Source: Phoronis australis
Taxonomy: Eukaryota > Animalia > Phoronida
Direction: 5' to 3'
NCBI GenBank assembly: GCA_002633005.1
Contig: NMRA01000180.1
Location: forward strand, 45,324-109,323
Length of the DNA stretch: 64,000 nt
Part shown: piece by piece, positions 12,621 through 26,673 of the stretch
How positions within the stretch are numbered: position 1 is the stretch's first letter
How the letters are laid out: each line of letters begins with the position of its first letter
Program-made: the position numbers and the translations under genes
The notes under the pieces: generated by a model
The model's input: the letters and a program-made list of their open reading frames with translations, nothing else
Database searches by the model: none
What the model was told of the DNA's origin: nothing

Positions 12621-15600
12621 TTGTTGGAATCCTGCATCGACTCACTGTTATCCAATTGATGTTGGGATTGGTAGCAGCGTCTCTTTCAGTCGTGGGGTCG
12701 TTGGTTTTAGGACATCATTGGTTCTACGGCTAAATAATCTTTGATTAGATATGCTTCATGGACTTGTTATCTCTGGCCAGTCAGATATAAAACAACAAAA
12801 TGCGTTGGGTTTTGCGATTATTTTACCAATCTCCGACCAGTCGTTGTGTCTATCAGACATTTTCTGAAATCGAGGCCAGTGACTTAACTAGTTGAATATG
12901 CTTAAAGTAGTGACTGCCATTTATCGGATGGACTTTGGCAATGAATTGGCTGCCGATGCAGTTTTTACACTATCTTCGCAGAAATCTTGGGAATGGATTA
13001 TACTGCTGCCACTGAAGATGACTGAAGGTCAGGGGAGTGGGGAAACTTGACGCGGCCTCAGGGACCAGACTGCCTTCCCATGTGCACCATTACACTGAAA
13101 AGAAAATCAACGTAGGCAATTGTCGTTGAAGGGCACGGCGAGGTTGTTGGCCACTACGACATTGGTTGGGATGACTTCGTGGAAGTGGCATACGGTATTA
13201 AAACCTATCGACATTGGCAATGAAGATTGGTATATAAAGTGTGGCCTTTTAGTGAATAAGAAGCTGGTAATGCACGCCAGTCTCATGCTTCTAGAAGTCG
13301 TGATTGTGAAACGACGTTGAGAGGTCCCCTAATGCATTACAGACTGTTGTCTCGGGCAACTCACTCTATCTTGCTCTTGCTCTCTATTACTTCAGTCATA
13401 TGCCCCCCGGAATTGGTCCAAATTCTGTGCAATAAGGTGCAATGAAAAAAATGATGCTAGAAAGATGTACCTGAAGAGGGCGCTACCTTTTGGCATTTGT
13501 TTGAATTGTGGATGAGGAAGTCAGGAACATCGTGTAACAGAGAGTGAGAGTTGTTTGCAACAACAATGACTTTAAGCGTGCGCTGGATTCACAGTAATGT
13601 CCTGGTGATTCGTTTCCGAAGTGGCCGTGTTGTAAAGTTACTTCCGGTTCATTGGCGACCGGACAGAGACGTTTATGTTCGTGCAAGCTGCTCTCCCCAT
13701 GCATCTGTATTCATGAGTTAAATATAGATCAAAATTTTGTGAAATGGGTTATTCATTCTCTACGGGGTACTGTGAAAACAGGCCCGTGGATAACTGACGC
13801 CTTTCATAGCCGTTTGCATACGCAGTGATTCCATTAGGCGAAAAGTGATAAACAACGCGCTTTTTGCCTCATAGATCATTCACTGAGTAGTGTTATAACA
13901 CTTTATAACACTTTGAAAATTCTAGTAATTCCGCTCCAGCTCCTGAAAATTGACACCCGCAGTCATGATACGCTAAACACCGGTCAACAAATGTTTACTG
14001 GTGGATTGTCTATCTGGTACATGGTCAATAAATACACACAGTTTGACTCTCGCGTAGTGTAATGCGCAGTGCCTTTTTTGCATGGCTGTTGTTGTAAACA
14101 CATCCGCTGCTTCCAGATGCGTAATTTTGTTTATGTGACCTTTTGAGATTCTTACTCGTTCATATCTGAGATACCCTAATTCCGATTCGACGCGTCTATT
14201 GTCTAATTGTAATCTGACAAAAAATTGTTTACAAAGTTAATCGATGTTCACGGGAAACTTTGATGCGCGATCATTCTAAGAGAGAACAAGGACATGCGGC
14301 TGAGAGGATTTTGTTTTAGGTGGATCAGAAATTATATTTTAAGATACATTAAATACAAAGCATTGATCTAGTTTTAATTTTATAGCGTTAGTGCCAATGC
14401 TGAGGTCCAGAAACTACATCAGGTAATAACACGTGAGATTTTTGGCTAATGCATGCTCGAGAAAAACTATACTCGGTGAATAAGTAAGTACTGCCAGAAC
14501 AGAAACAAAACAAAACATTAACGGATGTGAATGTGCATTTCATTGGTATAAGTTTATAGATAAGCAACACTATAAATTACTATTCTGACATCCGCATGAA
14601 AACACAGAACGCAGTCTTCTCAGGCATGCTAGTAATAACTTATGAGATTGTGCAAAATGGCGCTCGTTTCATTGAAACTGACGACAACTGCAACATTAAT
14701 AATAATGATATTAAAACGAATCTAAGCGCTCTGAAGATTGACACTTAACAAATTCGAATAAAAATTTAAAGGTGATTACCCCGACAAAACCGAGGACACC
14801 AACAACTACAAACACAGCGCTTACTACAACTACGCACAATAAATGATAAACCATTAAATGAGCATTGAGGATTCCTTTAATAAAAGACAGTGATCAAATC
14901 AGAAAAGGTCCAATAACTGGAGAATGATAGGATCATGGTGAAAAACAATTCACGCATTGCAGATAATCCGAAAGGAGATCTACATGTATTTACACACTAA
15001 ATTTGAAAAGGATTGATCAAAGGATAGAAAACGTAACGCAAATAAAACAGCGATCAAGGCGCCACCTTGCGTCCGATTACCCCAAAATCAAAGCTGGTGA
15101 CTAGAGAAGCACTGTACATGTATGTAGATTTTATTTGATCAGAAGAAATATGAGACCTCTAACACTAATAAAACAAAGTGCAGTGAGAAAAATATCAATA
15201 AAAGAACAGAGGTCTAAGCAGTAAATCTCGGAAATTCTCGAGAACGGAAAGTTGTAACGCGAACTGGGTTCAATATCGAACCATTCATTAGGCACACGTT
15301 GCCTGTAAATTCTACGTTGACCAGATTTAAAATGCGATCTGGACCTGGTGAACAAAGAAAAAACAAAAACGAGCAAATTTGATGGCAGACTGGGAGAAAA
15401 TTCATTCTACCAAGTGATAAAAACACTAATAACTTGGACCATGCTTATGGTAATGGCAGCAACGCCATCAACCGATCTCTCTAGATTGTAAGTTAACAGG
15501 GTCACCCGCGAGCATTGTTTTTGTTGTACATGTACTACGTAATTATCCGGAAACGATTCTTGGCAGATTCCAAGGACCACTCGAAACAGTAACGCACAAC

Positions 15601-15681
15601 TTGACTCCGGCTCCGCGGTATCATTGCGCTTGTTTCTTTCGTTACGGTTACACTAGCACGACGTCTTTAAATTTCCATACG

Positions 15682-15836
15682 ATACGCCGTAAAATGTAGA
15701 AATTTCGTAAAATGTAACAGTTGTCATTGTTACATTTTACGTTGCTAGACCAAGTTGTTACATGTTATAGTTACAATTTACGTGGAATGCACATACAAGA
15801 AATGCACCATTGTTACATTTTACGAAAGCGACGTCA
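15682..15836 (+). repeat. Short TGTTACATTTT-rich repeat (MITE or TIR arm), copy 1
   Basis: atacgccg...(tgttacattttac)...gaatgcacatacaagaa...ttacattttacgaa...acgtca. It is the reverse complement of 20419-20576. Confidence 0.7.
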
Positions 15837-16462
15837 TATTTCATGAGTTTGCATGATAATTGTCACACGGAGGAAAACCGTTTACACACTTAACGCCTTC
15901 TTTCTCAGATTGTGAGAATGAAATTCTATCAAATATGCCACGTCGAATTAGATGTGTCCCTGTGTGCTTTCCAAGGTTTTTTAATATGAGTAGTTCCACG
16001 GTATAATCAAAAACGTACAGCTTACTGTTTCAACTCCACATTAAAGAGTTTCCAAGATCAGGCAAAAAGTTTTTTATTCTTAAGCGTTCTTGCTATTTTT
16101 GGTGACACTTACAGGTCATAAACCAATTGTGTATCCGGCTTTACAGTAAACATAATTCCCTTGGTAAGGAAAACAATGACATTGTGTTTGGCTAATATTT
16201 ATGATCGCATTTCTCCGGGAACAAACGACAATAACAAACATGTTGATGGAGAATTCAGTTTCGGAAGCCTATTAGATAGAAAATATCACCCGTTTTAGTC
16301 CACGACAGTTTTTTTTATTTCAGCCAGTGTTTTATTGCCTTAAAGTCATCGCTAAGGCAGAAATTGCCCAACTCCACACAAAAGGAGCAAAACCAAAGTT
16401 TCTGAAGCCGGCGGGTTCTGTCTACCACCTTAGTTACAAATGACAATTTATTAAAGGTATTA

Positions 16463-17709
16463 TTACTCTGCGCGTGTAAGCGCAGAGTACTGTTGTTCCT
16501 GAGTTTTCTTCAATTTTATTCTTATTCTTCTTATTCTTCTTATTCTTCTTATTCTTCTTCCGACCAACTTTGAGGCATAATAACTCCAAATTGGGTGCAG
16601 GTACGGTCTTTAAATTCAGTATATGATTTTTGACAGTATATAAATTTTGATTGATTATATAATCATATTCCACATTGCACAGGAAAGGTCGTTTGGTGCA
16701 AAGGTCATATAATTTTCAAAATGCTACTCGTCCTTCAGTTTCAAAGGTATCTTTTTCAAATTCGGTACACATGACAATTAAAAAATTACTTTTCTAAGTA
16801 ATCGGGTCATCCAATCAGGTGAAATAGGTCAAAAGTCGTTAGGTGCAAACTAAAATTTTGAGCTAGACACTTCAAATTGACAGGTCTAATTGCCACACGT
16901 AAATCAAATCGGAATCCAAAGTTTCAGGTCATTTAGTGCAAAATGGGGTCATTAGGTGCATTTTTCTTTTGAAAATTTGACCTTTTCAATCAGCAAGTAC
17001 TCTGATGTGTCAACCGTTAGACAACTGGGATTCTCAGCGTTGAACACATTTTCCATGAGCTTTGCAATAATTCTCCTAAAAATGCTTAAAATGCACCGGA
17101 TGAGGTCAATTAGCGCAAAGGTCATGTAACGTTCAAAATGTTATATCTCTTACGTTTTTCAAGGAATTCTTTTCAATTTCAGCAGACTGGTGTAAGTCAA
17201 CATGCCAATTAAAAACCCTACTTTACTTTGCAATAGGCCTAACCAATCAGAAAAAATAAGTCAAAGGTCATTGAGTGCAAACTTAAATTTTGAGCTAGAG
17301 ACTTCAAAGTTACATATCTGTTTACTAAGTGCGATTGAGTTTGAATTCTAAATTTTCAGGTCATTTGGTGCACCCATGGGGTCATTAGGTGCATTTTTCT
17401 TCTGAAAATTTGACCAAATCATTCATCTTGTATTCTGAAGTGCTTAAAGTAAAACATCTGTGATTTTTAGCATTAACCACACTTTTAATCAAGTTAGCAT
17501 TTACTCCCTCGTCGGGGCTCATAATGCACCGGAAGAGGTCAATTAGTGGAAAGGTCACCAAAAAATTAATATGTAATTTCTCCTACAATTTTAAAGAATT
17601 CCTTTTCATATTGGTAAACGGGTTGCTGTCAGTAACTTCCCATAATAATTCCAGTAATACGCACGCACAGAGTCCGTTATTGTCACGCCGTGACAATAAT
17701 CTTTCTAGT
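16463..17709 (+). mobile_element. Non-autonomous Helentron-type element (HINE/DINE-1-like), family A, copy 1
   Basis: 5' palindrome actctgcgc-gtgtaa-gcgcagagt; (TTCTTATTC)n microsatellite; 3' sub-TIR cacgcacagagt; hairpin ttattgtcacg-c-cgtgacaataa; terminal CTAGT. Confidence 0.85.
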
Positions 17710-18230
17710 GTTCAAACCTGGTCTAGGTCGATAGTTTAAAGGGGCAATAATCCAAAAAGCTGACTGTCGACCTTTCGGACAATGTTCGTTAGTTCCAAGT
17801 ACACCTAAATCAAGACGAGGTTTGGAGATTCTAGTATTATTGGACGTGAAGTCACGTGTCTCATGAGGCGCCATTTTTGTGTTGCAGCTCGCGGATTAGG
17901 AAATTTGGTACTGCATATTAACCCTTTTGTTGCATTGCATTAAAAGTTCATATTAAACATGCCATCCACTTTCAATGAAACCTAGTTCAAATCACTCGGC
18001 TAATCACTGTGTTTTTCTAAGAATATTGGCGCCCGTTGCACATGAAATCGTTGCGTGGTTTCTATGTCCGTTACCAACTATTCTAATGACCCTGTGACCG
18101 CAGCCGACTAGTCGTTAGTTCTCGAAAATTGTCAGCCTTCAGAGTTCAACTAAACGCAATTTTCAAATTTACACCTCATCGTGCAACGATCCCCAGTTCT
18201 TTGAAAAGGAATGCTTTCAACAAGAGACAA

Positions 18231-18338
18231 ACTAGAAAGATTATTGTCATATGCTGAATTTAAAGACCGTACCTGCACCCAATTTGGAGTTATTAAGCCT
18301 CAAAGTTGGTCGGAAGAAGAATAAGAATAAGAATAAGA
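18231..18338 (-). mobile_element. Internally deleted mini-copy of HINE family A
   Basis: The 3' end (actagaaagattattgtca) is fused through the shared GTCA directly to the near-5' segment (tatgctgaatttaaagaccgtacctgcaccc...) and the microsatellite. It abuts the next full copy. Confidence 0.75.
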
Positions 18339-19614
18339 ACTAGAAAAATTATTGTCACGGCGTGACAATTACGGACTCTGCGCGTGCGTATTACTGAAAT
18401 TATTATGGGAAGTTACTGACAGCAACCCGTTTAAGAATATGAAAAGGAATTCTTTAAAATTATAGGAGAAATTACATATTAATTTTTGATGACCTTTCCA
18501 CTAATTGACCTCTTCCGGTGCATAATGAGCCCCGATAAGGGAGTAATTGTTAACTTGATTAAAAGTGTGGTTAATGCTAATGATCACAGATGTTTTACTT
18601 TAAGCACTTCAGAATACAAGATGAATGAAGTGGTCAAACTTCCAGAAGAAAAAATGCACCTAATGACCCCATGGGTACACCAAATGACCTAAAAATTTAG
18701 AATTCAAACTCAATCGCACATAGTAAGCAAATACGTAATTCTGAAGTCTCTGGCTCAAAATTTTAGTTTGCACTCAATGACCTTTGACCTATTTTTTCTG
18801 ATTGGTTAGGCCTTTTGCAAAGTAAAGTAGGGTATTCAATTGGCATGTTGACTTACACCAGTGTGCTGAAATTGAAAAAAATTCCTTGAAAAACGTAAGA
18901 GATATAACATGTTGAACGTTACAGGAACTTTGCACTAATTGATCTTATCCGGTGCATTTTAAGCATCTTTAGGAGAATTATTGCAAAGCCCATGGAAAAT
19001 GTGTTTAACGCTGAGAATCACAGTGGTCTAACGGTTGACACATCAGAATACTTGCTGATTGAAAAAGTCAAATTTTCAAAATAAAAATGCACCTAATGAC
19101 CCCATGTTTGCACTAAATGACCTGAAACTTTGGATTCCGAATTGATGTACTCGGGGCAATCAGACCTGTCAATTTGAAGTGTCTAGCTCAAAATTTTAGT
19201 TTGCACCTAATAACCTTTGACCTATTTCACCTGATTGGTTGACCCGATTACTTACAAAAGTATTTTTTTAAATTGTCATGTTGACATTTACCTGTGCACC
19301 GAATTTGAAAAAGATAGCTTCAAAACTGAAGGAGGAGTAGCATTTAGAAAATTATGTGACCTTTGCACCAAACGAACTCTTCCGGTGCAATATGGAATAT
19401 GGTTATATAACCAATCAAAATTTATATACTGTCAAAAGTCATATGCTGAATTTAAAGACCGTAACTGCACCCAATTTGGAGTTATTAAGCCTGAAAATTG
19501 GCCGGAAGAAGAATATTAAGAAGAATAAGAAGAATAAGAAGAATAAGAAGAATAAGAATAAAATTGAAGAAAACCCAGGAACAACAGGACTCTGCGCTTA
19601 CACGCGCAGAGTAA
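18339..19614 (-). mobile_element. Non-autonomous Helentron-type element, family A, copy 2 (inverted)
   Basis: Reverse complement of 16463-17709 along its whole length (roughly 90-95% identical by eye), with the same hairpin/CTAG end, sub-TIRs and microsatellite. Confidence 0.85.
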
Positions 19615-20418
19615 AAATGCTTACACGGTAGATATCCTCACGTTTAGATTGATGTCGCGAGTAAATTATTGCGTTTTGAATTCAGTTCTTCCTGGCAAAC
19701 TACAGATGGATATAGTTATATTTACAAACAGTAACAGTACTCTCTGATAGTTCAGAAGTAATCAATGTTTGAAGTTAGTGCACGTCTAAACATGATTTTA
19801 ATTTTCAACATCCTCATTTCCAAAAAGTAGGCCTACTCTGCATCCACAGCTGTCAAGACGTTCCTCACAATATCGTTGAGGCTGTCCACTATGGAAAGCC
19901 CATTGTAAATATTGAACCATAAATGAGATGATTTTAAAATCTTTGAGGACCACGCTGTAATTGCACTTTGCTAAACATGCATTGTGTCCTTGTTAAATAA
20001 ATTTAAAAATATTAATAATGATGATAACGATAAGGAAAACGATAACAAGTAATAGTAGTGGTAGTAGTAATAGCACTAGTAGTTGTAATAGCAGTAATAG
20101 AAGTAATTGTTGTGTAATACATTCATGTCGTGTCAGCCAGGAGGCCATACCTATAGAAGAAATATACAAAAAGTGCCGCCCAAAAGGTTGTTTTACCAAG
20201 AAAAAATACTCTCCAAAATGGTATCATTTTCGACAAAATTGTGTCTAAAAGGTACCTTTCCTGAATTTCTGAAACAGACCTGTGCGAAAATATGAAGTTT
20301 TATATGATTAAGTCTATTCAAATTTTTTGGCGGCACCCCTCGTCAAAAATACTCCAGTACCTCCCCCGGGAGTGTCTGATAAAACTTGTTCGTGATTTTG
20401 TCAATATTAATTGCAAGG

Positions 20419-20576
20419 TGACGTTGGCTTCGTAAAATGTAAAAATGGTAAACTTCTTGCATGTGCATTCGACGAGAAATGTAACAACTACGTAAAACGT
20501 AACAACTTGTTACATTTTAGGAGAGGCTTAGCAACGTAACATGTAGCAATGATGTAAAATGTAACAACCGGCGTAT
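20419..20576 (-). repeat. Short TGTTACATTTT-rich repeat, copy 2 (inverted)
   Basis: tgacgttggcttcgtaaaatgta...tgtgcattc...aaaatgtaacaaccggcgtat is the reverse complement of 15682-15836. Confidence 0.7.
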
Positions 20577-20838
20577 TAGGGTTTTTCTAATACGTATGTT
20601 GAATTATATCACCGTGATTTTCTTTTCTATGTATTAGTTGTCCAAATTAGGGACTAGGAGATTTTGTTTATGAGCGAACAATGTTTAAGCAAACGGAAAG
20701 CATACCGATTCGAGTACAATCTCTAAATTAAACAGTATTGCCATTGAAATGTATCGTAAGTATAACTCATTGAGTTTGCTGAGGGTGTAGGCTATATTGG
20801 ACTTACGTGTACAAACCTATTGGCTTGTATTGTGCATA

Positions 20839-21790
20839 CAGCACACATCACGAATTTTTGGCCGACCGGTCGGAAATTGGTCGACGGCCGGCCGTCGACC
20901 GGTCGGCAAATTTGCCGACCGGTCGGCTAAAAATTAGCCGACCGGCAGCCGCCCGCAGTGCCGACTCATAAGGCGACTCCCCAGCCGACCCTTCAGCCGA
21001 CCCTTCAGCCGACCGGCCATCAGCCGACCAGCTGGTCGGCTGCTATTTTTAGGCTANNNNNNNNNNNNNNNNNNNNNNNNNNNNNNNNNNNNNNNNNNNN
21101 NNNNNNNNNNNNNNNNNNNNNNNNNNNNNNNNNNNNNNNNNNNNNNNNNNNNNNNNNNNNNNNNNNNNNNNNNNNNNNNNNNNNNNNNNNNNNNNNNNNN
21201 NNNNNNNNNNNNNNNNNNNNNNNNNNNNNNNNNNNNNNNNNNNNNNNNNNNNNNNNNNNNNNNNNNNNNNNNNNNNNNNNNNNNNNNNNNNNNNNNNNNN
21301 NNNNNNNNNNNNNNNNNNNNNNNNNNNNNNNNNNNNNNNNNNNNNNNNNNNNNNNNNNNNNNNNNNNNNNNNNNNNNNNNNNNNNNNNNNNNNNNNNNNN
21401 NNNNNNNNNNNNNNNNNNNNNNNNNNNNNNNNNNNNNNNNNNNNNNNNNNNNNNNNNNNNNNNNNNNNNNNNNNNNNNNNNNNNNNNNNNNNNNNNNNNN
21501 NNNNNNNNNNNNNNNNNNNNNNNNNNNNNNNNNNNNNNNNNNNNNNNNNNNNNNNNNNNNNNNNNNNNNNNNNNAAAATGGTAATTGCCGACCAAGGACA
21601 CGCTTAATCCGAATTGGTCGTCTACGCTAGGCGACCATTTAGCCGACCCAAGTGCCGACCACAGAGGCGACTCAGCAGACGGCTCCTAGCCGACCGTTGT
21701 TGGTCGGCTGCTGGTCGGCTAGACGACCGGTCGACGGCCGGTCGTCGACCAATTTCCGACCGGTCGGCCAAAAATTCGTGATGTGTGCTG
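20839..21790. mobile_element. TA-flanked TIR DNA transposon with GCCGACC subterminal repeats (EnSpm- or Tc1-like, non-autonomous as far as visible)
   Basis: Near-perfect TIRs cagcacacatcacgaatttttggccgaccggtcggaaattggtcgacg at both ends; TA at 20837-38 and 21791-92; many GCCGACC/GGTCGGC motifs. The interior is hidden by the N gap. Confidence 0.85.
21057..21574. other. Assembly gap (518 N)
   Basis: Run of N characters. Confidence 1.
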
Positions 21791-24700
21791 TACGTGCATA
21801 AGTCCATGGAGTTTTCATCACACATTTTAATGCGTGCTGTCGGGATACGTTTTCCAAGAATCGTGAAATAGAGTTCCGTATATAATTTTTATCTTGCTTT
21901 CTAAAACGGCCGATATCTCTACTCTGCACTTCTTTTTGTACACACTATTGGCATACTTTTAATATGATACAAAGATACTTTAAAAAATGATTAATACTTT
22001 ATCGTAAGTTGCAACGTATCTAGAGGAATATTTGATATGGTGCGTTATGGGGTCTGGAAGAAACTTCAACTATCTCAACACATCATAACAACTGTTAACT
22101 AGTTAGACAGAAATCAGGTCTGGCCATTTTCTAGTTTAAGTACACTTTTTGTAATGGATTAGATTTTCTCCAAATTCAGCTACGGAAAGTTCTTCCATTA
22201 TTTCCAAAACCTCGTCCCCGGCCCTCGTATTGTTTTTTTGCTGTAAAGTTATAACAGGCTTCAGCTAAATCGTAGACTAAATTCCTGTCTCCACAGCAAA
22301 TAGAAAAATTAGAATTCAAGTCATATACAGTAGACTTTAAATGCTCAAAATCTGGACTATCGGGTTATCTGTGTTGGAGCCAATACCGAATACTGATTAC
22401 GGTCAACAACTATCTCTAAAATAAAGTAGTTGCATCCTGACCACGTGACCTTAGTTTAATTTCATGTTCAAAATTAGTACTAAACAGTGCCCACACCCCT
22501 CTTGATCTGTATTACTTATACTATAACACTCAAGACTCAATTAGCTTCTCACAAAATTTAGGTCACTGTCCAGAAGATGCCATCAATTAGATATCTGTGT
22601 GTCGATGACGAGTCTGACAAGTGAAATTGAGATGACCTGAGGGTGGGACTGGCAAATATGGTAAACTGATGGTCAAGTGGACCGAAAATCCATGACGACG
22701 ATGACAGCAAAAGGACTTTGAGAGAAAATTGCTGTCGTGCTTCCACCGAATGTAGCAATTTCTGATAGAACCTATGGAATCAAAAAATCTACATCACCCG
22801 TCACATAATTGGCTGAAATTTTACCAGTAGATTCATATCGACCTCAAATGACACCAAACTCCGTAGTACACTCATTGAACTCTCCGTCAATGTTTTATTA
22901 GTCCGTGAATTTTTTACTAGAAACAGGCGAAATGTTCAGCTTAAAAATTACCTATTTTTTGGTATCAGGACTAATCCGTGTACATTAGGAAATGATGTTC
23001 GATACTGTTTAGGAATGTATAGCATCCATCCTCCCGTCCAAAACTATAATTTTCAATGAAAGTAAATTACCCCCATTCGTGGAGGCACCCGTTTTGTCGT
23101 GCAATCTAATTGACGGATCCTGTAGAGTGCGGTTTTAAAAGGTATTCTCCACGAAAATGCTCACCCGAAGAGGTCTTATTCAAAGTGGGAACCTGCACAA
23201 GAAGAGCAGCAGAGTATTTACGATCTACCTGTAATGTAAGTGAACTAGTGTTCGAATATGAACTCATACTGGCCTGAGTGGGTGTGTTTGGTATATGGCT
23301 CCACGCACAAAATGCTGCACTTCCTTGGGTGCAACAAATGCTCCCTTACTCATTGACGGATATACACTATGCGTGTGATCTAGTGAGAGAAACTGCATTT
23401 CATGACATTGCAAGGCAGTAGGTGTCTGCCCCGAATGCATTTGGAGCATCAGCACTACCATTGGCTTCTTATGAAGAGAGCTGGCCACCCGGGTCCACTT
23501 GTAAAGCATTTGAGTCTTGGTGACACTAAACATAGGCAAACGGTGCTTCAGACTTGCTCATGACATGAAAGCCTTCTTCAGGGAAAGTTTGCGTCTAGAC
23601 AAAGAACTGGTGTCAAGTGTACCCCTGCAGTGGTAGCTAAAGAAATGACATTAGCAAAAATGGCCGAGAAAAATGTTGGTCAAAAGAGGCCCAGGTCGGT
23701 GGCATGGCTATCTCCTCTAAGGCTGGATGCGGGATGGAGACGCGGAAACGGTGAAGGAAGAACTTTTAAGTTCCGAATTATTATATGAATTTCTGACAGA
23801 TCTGGGCTAATAACCAATCCGTTCTACTGGAAAGTTCAGTCTACACCTTTTCTGTTGGTTGATTGTCAAGGTTTAAAGATCCGCAATTCTTTCTTGATGA
23901 TGAAGAATAATACATTTTGATTTGTTTAGTACTTTTTATCGTCACATGTGTTTATGCTGCTGTGAAGAGAGGGAAAAATAAAAACAACATTTGAGCTTTT
24001 AGTCGCTGTTACCATAAGTGTTGAAATTTACAGAAGCACCTTTTTTCGCTCAAGCCCACAGGGGGTGAAGTTTCAGATACCAACAAAATACTCATCAGGC
24101 AGCACGATGTATAGTTTCTAAAAATGGCAAATACAATGTCATAGGAATTAAAAATTACATCCTTCAGCATTTTTATTTATTAGAAGCTCTCACCATAGCA
24201 TCTCATTATATCACCAATCTGTGTAGCAAGGTTTGCTGTTGTGTAAAGAATGTCTCACCTGCAAATGTTTGAATTTAATCATAAGGCCCATTACATGGAT
24301 GATCATGGTCAAATAAACGGAAAAGGACGTTTTATACAAGGAGACATGTTTTACTTTCGCGGCAGTTATATGAAAATTGTCTAGGACAGGCATCTTTTTG
24401 GTGCCCATTAAACCAGAAAATCCATATCATAAATGGCAAAAAACATGGTTTATGCAGTCAGGATTCTTTCCATGTGGCCACTCTAGCAGACATTGCCAAC
24501 AGTTCTTTAGTCTGAATTGTTCTGTAGCTGAACTAAGTACACAAAATCGTAAATAAGAGAAAAGGTCATAACCCATGCCCAACCCTGTTGAAACGTAAGT
24601 TGTGTCTCAAAAGTCTTGCAAAGTTGGCAACATTTTTACTGAAATAAGAGTCGAAAAGCCATTTTTGCAAGATCAGCAAAAAACGAGGCTTGTGTCTAGT

Positions 24701-25119
24701 AAAAATAAAGTTGACTTTGTTTATATCTAGGGGTACCCAAGCCCTCATAAACTTTCTGGAAAATCAGTGACGATTGCTGTAGAACCACCCGTAGTGCTCT
24801 CACAAACTGCAAATTAAAATTCCACTTTCCGTTATTAGTAACTTGCTACCAGTCATTTGTCTAGTAACTTTAATATAGGTTATCATAGCAGCAATCCACC
24901 CAAGTGTCTAACTCATTAAGGAGGAATAACTTCTACATGATATGTGACGATTTGTAAAACACTTCCGTTTATGTAATTCGCTTACTTAACCTACAGATTG
25001 TATTTGCCGCGTTATATGCGTTCACTGTAAATGCAGAAACATTGGTTTGGTACTTTGTTAACTTAACTGTTAACTCTCTTTCGATAATTTGATGTCGCAC
25101 TTTCGTCAGCTCGTCCCTA

Positions 25120-25520
25120 AGGCCTTGTCACATCGTTCCGGTAAGCCTTGCAGGCATCTTGCCGAAAGGCAATTTTTTTTGCTCGGAGCTCCCCGCAGAT
25201 CACTCGGACCTGACAGTATCGGGCACGAATCTCGCCTGCACTTGCCCGAAGATTCGCACGGAAGTCTGAGGTGCCCGCAGCCAAGTTTTGAGAATGGTCC
25301 GGGTAAGCTACGTGGGTTTGCCTGCAGAGGTCAACGAAGAAAACCAGCAGGTGGCCCGTAGCGGCCGCAAGTCACCCCCTTGAAGAAGGTAAGTTGACCG
25401 TGAACATGTGCGAGAAAGTGTGGGCGAGAGCCGTGCAAGATACTGCCAGAGGTCTGAGTAAAAACAATTACCGTCCACATTTTGGTCGCACGCCTTGCCC
25501 GGAACGAAGTGACAGGGCCT
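25120..25520. mobile_element. MITE, ~400 bp
   Basis: aggccttgtcacatcgttccgg versus reverse complement of right end aggccctgtcacttcgttccgg, flanked by TA on both sides (25118-19, 25521-22). GC-rich interior. Confidence 0.75.
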
Positions 25521-26673
25521 TAGAAAATTCCTTGTGTTTTGCAAAATCCATGCCCCATTATGCATTCAGACGTGTACAGATTTCAGTTGGATTTGTGTAG
25601 CGACCTGCCACGCTGGAACTATTGTTGAACAGTTGACATGTCAGAATCAGGTTACCCGTACATGTACATGTACATTGTAGCTTCCTGTGACCAATCGTTT
25701 TTCAAGAGGAACAAAGGTCGATAACGTTTCAAGTGTTTATTGGTAATGCGTAAAATTGCATCATTTCAGTTAGTGTACGAAACCAGGGAGCAGAGGCGTG
25801 ATGTATATGGAAGCTCAGCAAATTAAAGCGACATCTTGGAAATTAAGGTAGTAGATCGTACAGAAAATGGAAAACTGGACTATTCTTATTGATCAAGCAT
25901 AGTGTATTAGAGCAGGAAAATGTAGCATGCCAATGTTCAAATTTTCGCTGATATCTGAAACAATTTGTTCAAGGATGGTTCTCGCGCATTTATTTTTTTC
26001 TTGAGATAATGATTATGCAGTGACTACTGATATACCCATCGTGGTGAACCCCTCCGAATGCCGTTTGACGGGGTTTTAAAAGTACATACAATAGTTCTCA
26101 TTAGTCTGTTTAGGAACAATCTAAAGTGCACATCCTAGCCGCAGAGAACTTATTGATCTTCTATAATTACCAAAAACGTTTCTAAGATCAGCAAAATTAA
26201 GAAATATCGTCAGCAGGAATCGAGACACTCTTTTGATTTTGGCCACACTGGATGGCCCTTTGAGGAGGCAATCAGTCACCTACCTTTGTATACAGGTACG
26301 AGCGTTTCAAGTCACCTATGGTTCATTATTCAAAATGTTGAATCAAGTCAATGGGTGCATTATATTTCTAACTGATGGAAGTACCGGTACTCTAATATAT
26401 TGTCGTAAAATTGTAAATTTAAGGTTTACAAGATTACTGTACAAACATCTCAAAGAGGAGACAGGATACCGTATTCCAAATTCAATAGACTTACATGTAT
26501 GTAGCATCGTCTTTGCTACTAGTCACGGCACAAAACATTCACGTGTACGTTGTCCAAGAATGAGATCAAATTACAAGTTTACACCAGTAATCGAGTTGAG
26601 ACGGTCGAATGAATCTCTAAGTTTTGCATTAGTGCACTAATTGTAACCGGATGTTTGTGAATTGCCAAAATAT

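Noticed and set aside
20958-21601. ORFs spanning the N run
   Set aside because: Artefacts of the assembly gap.
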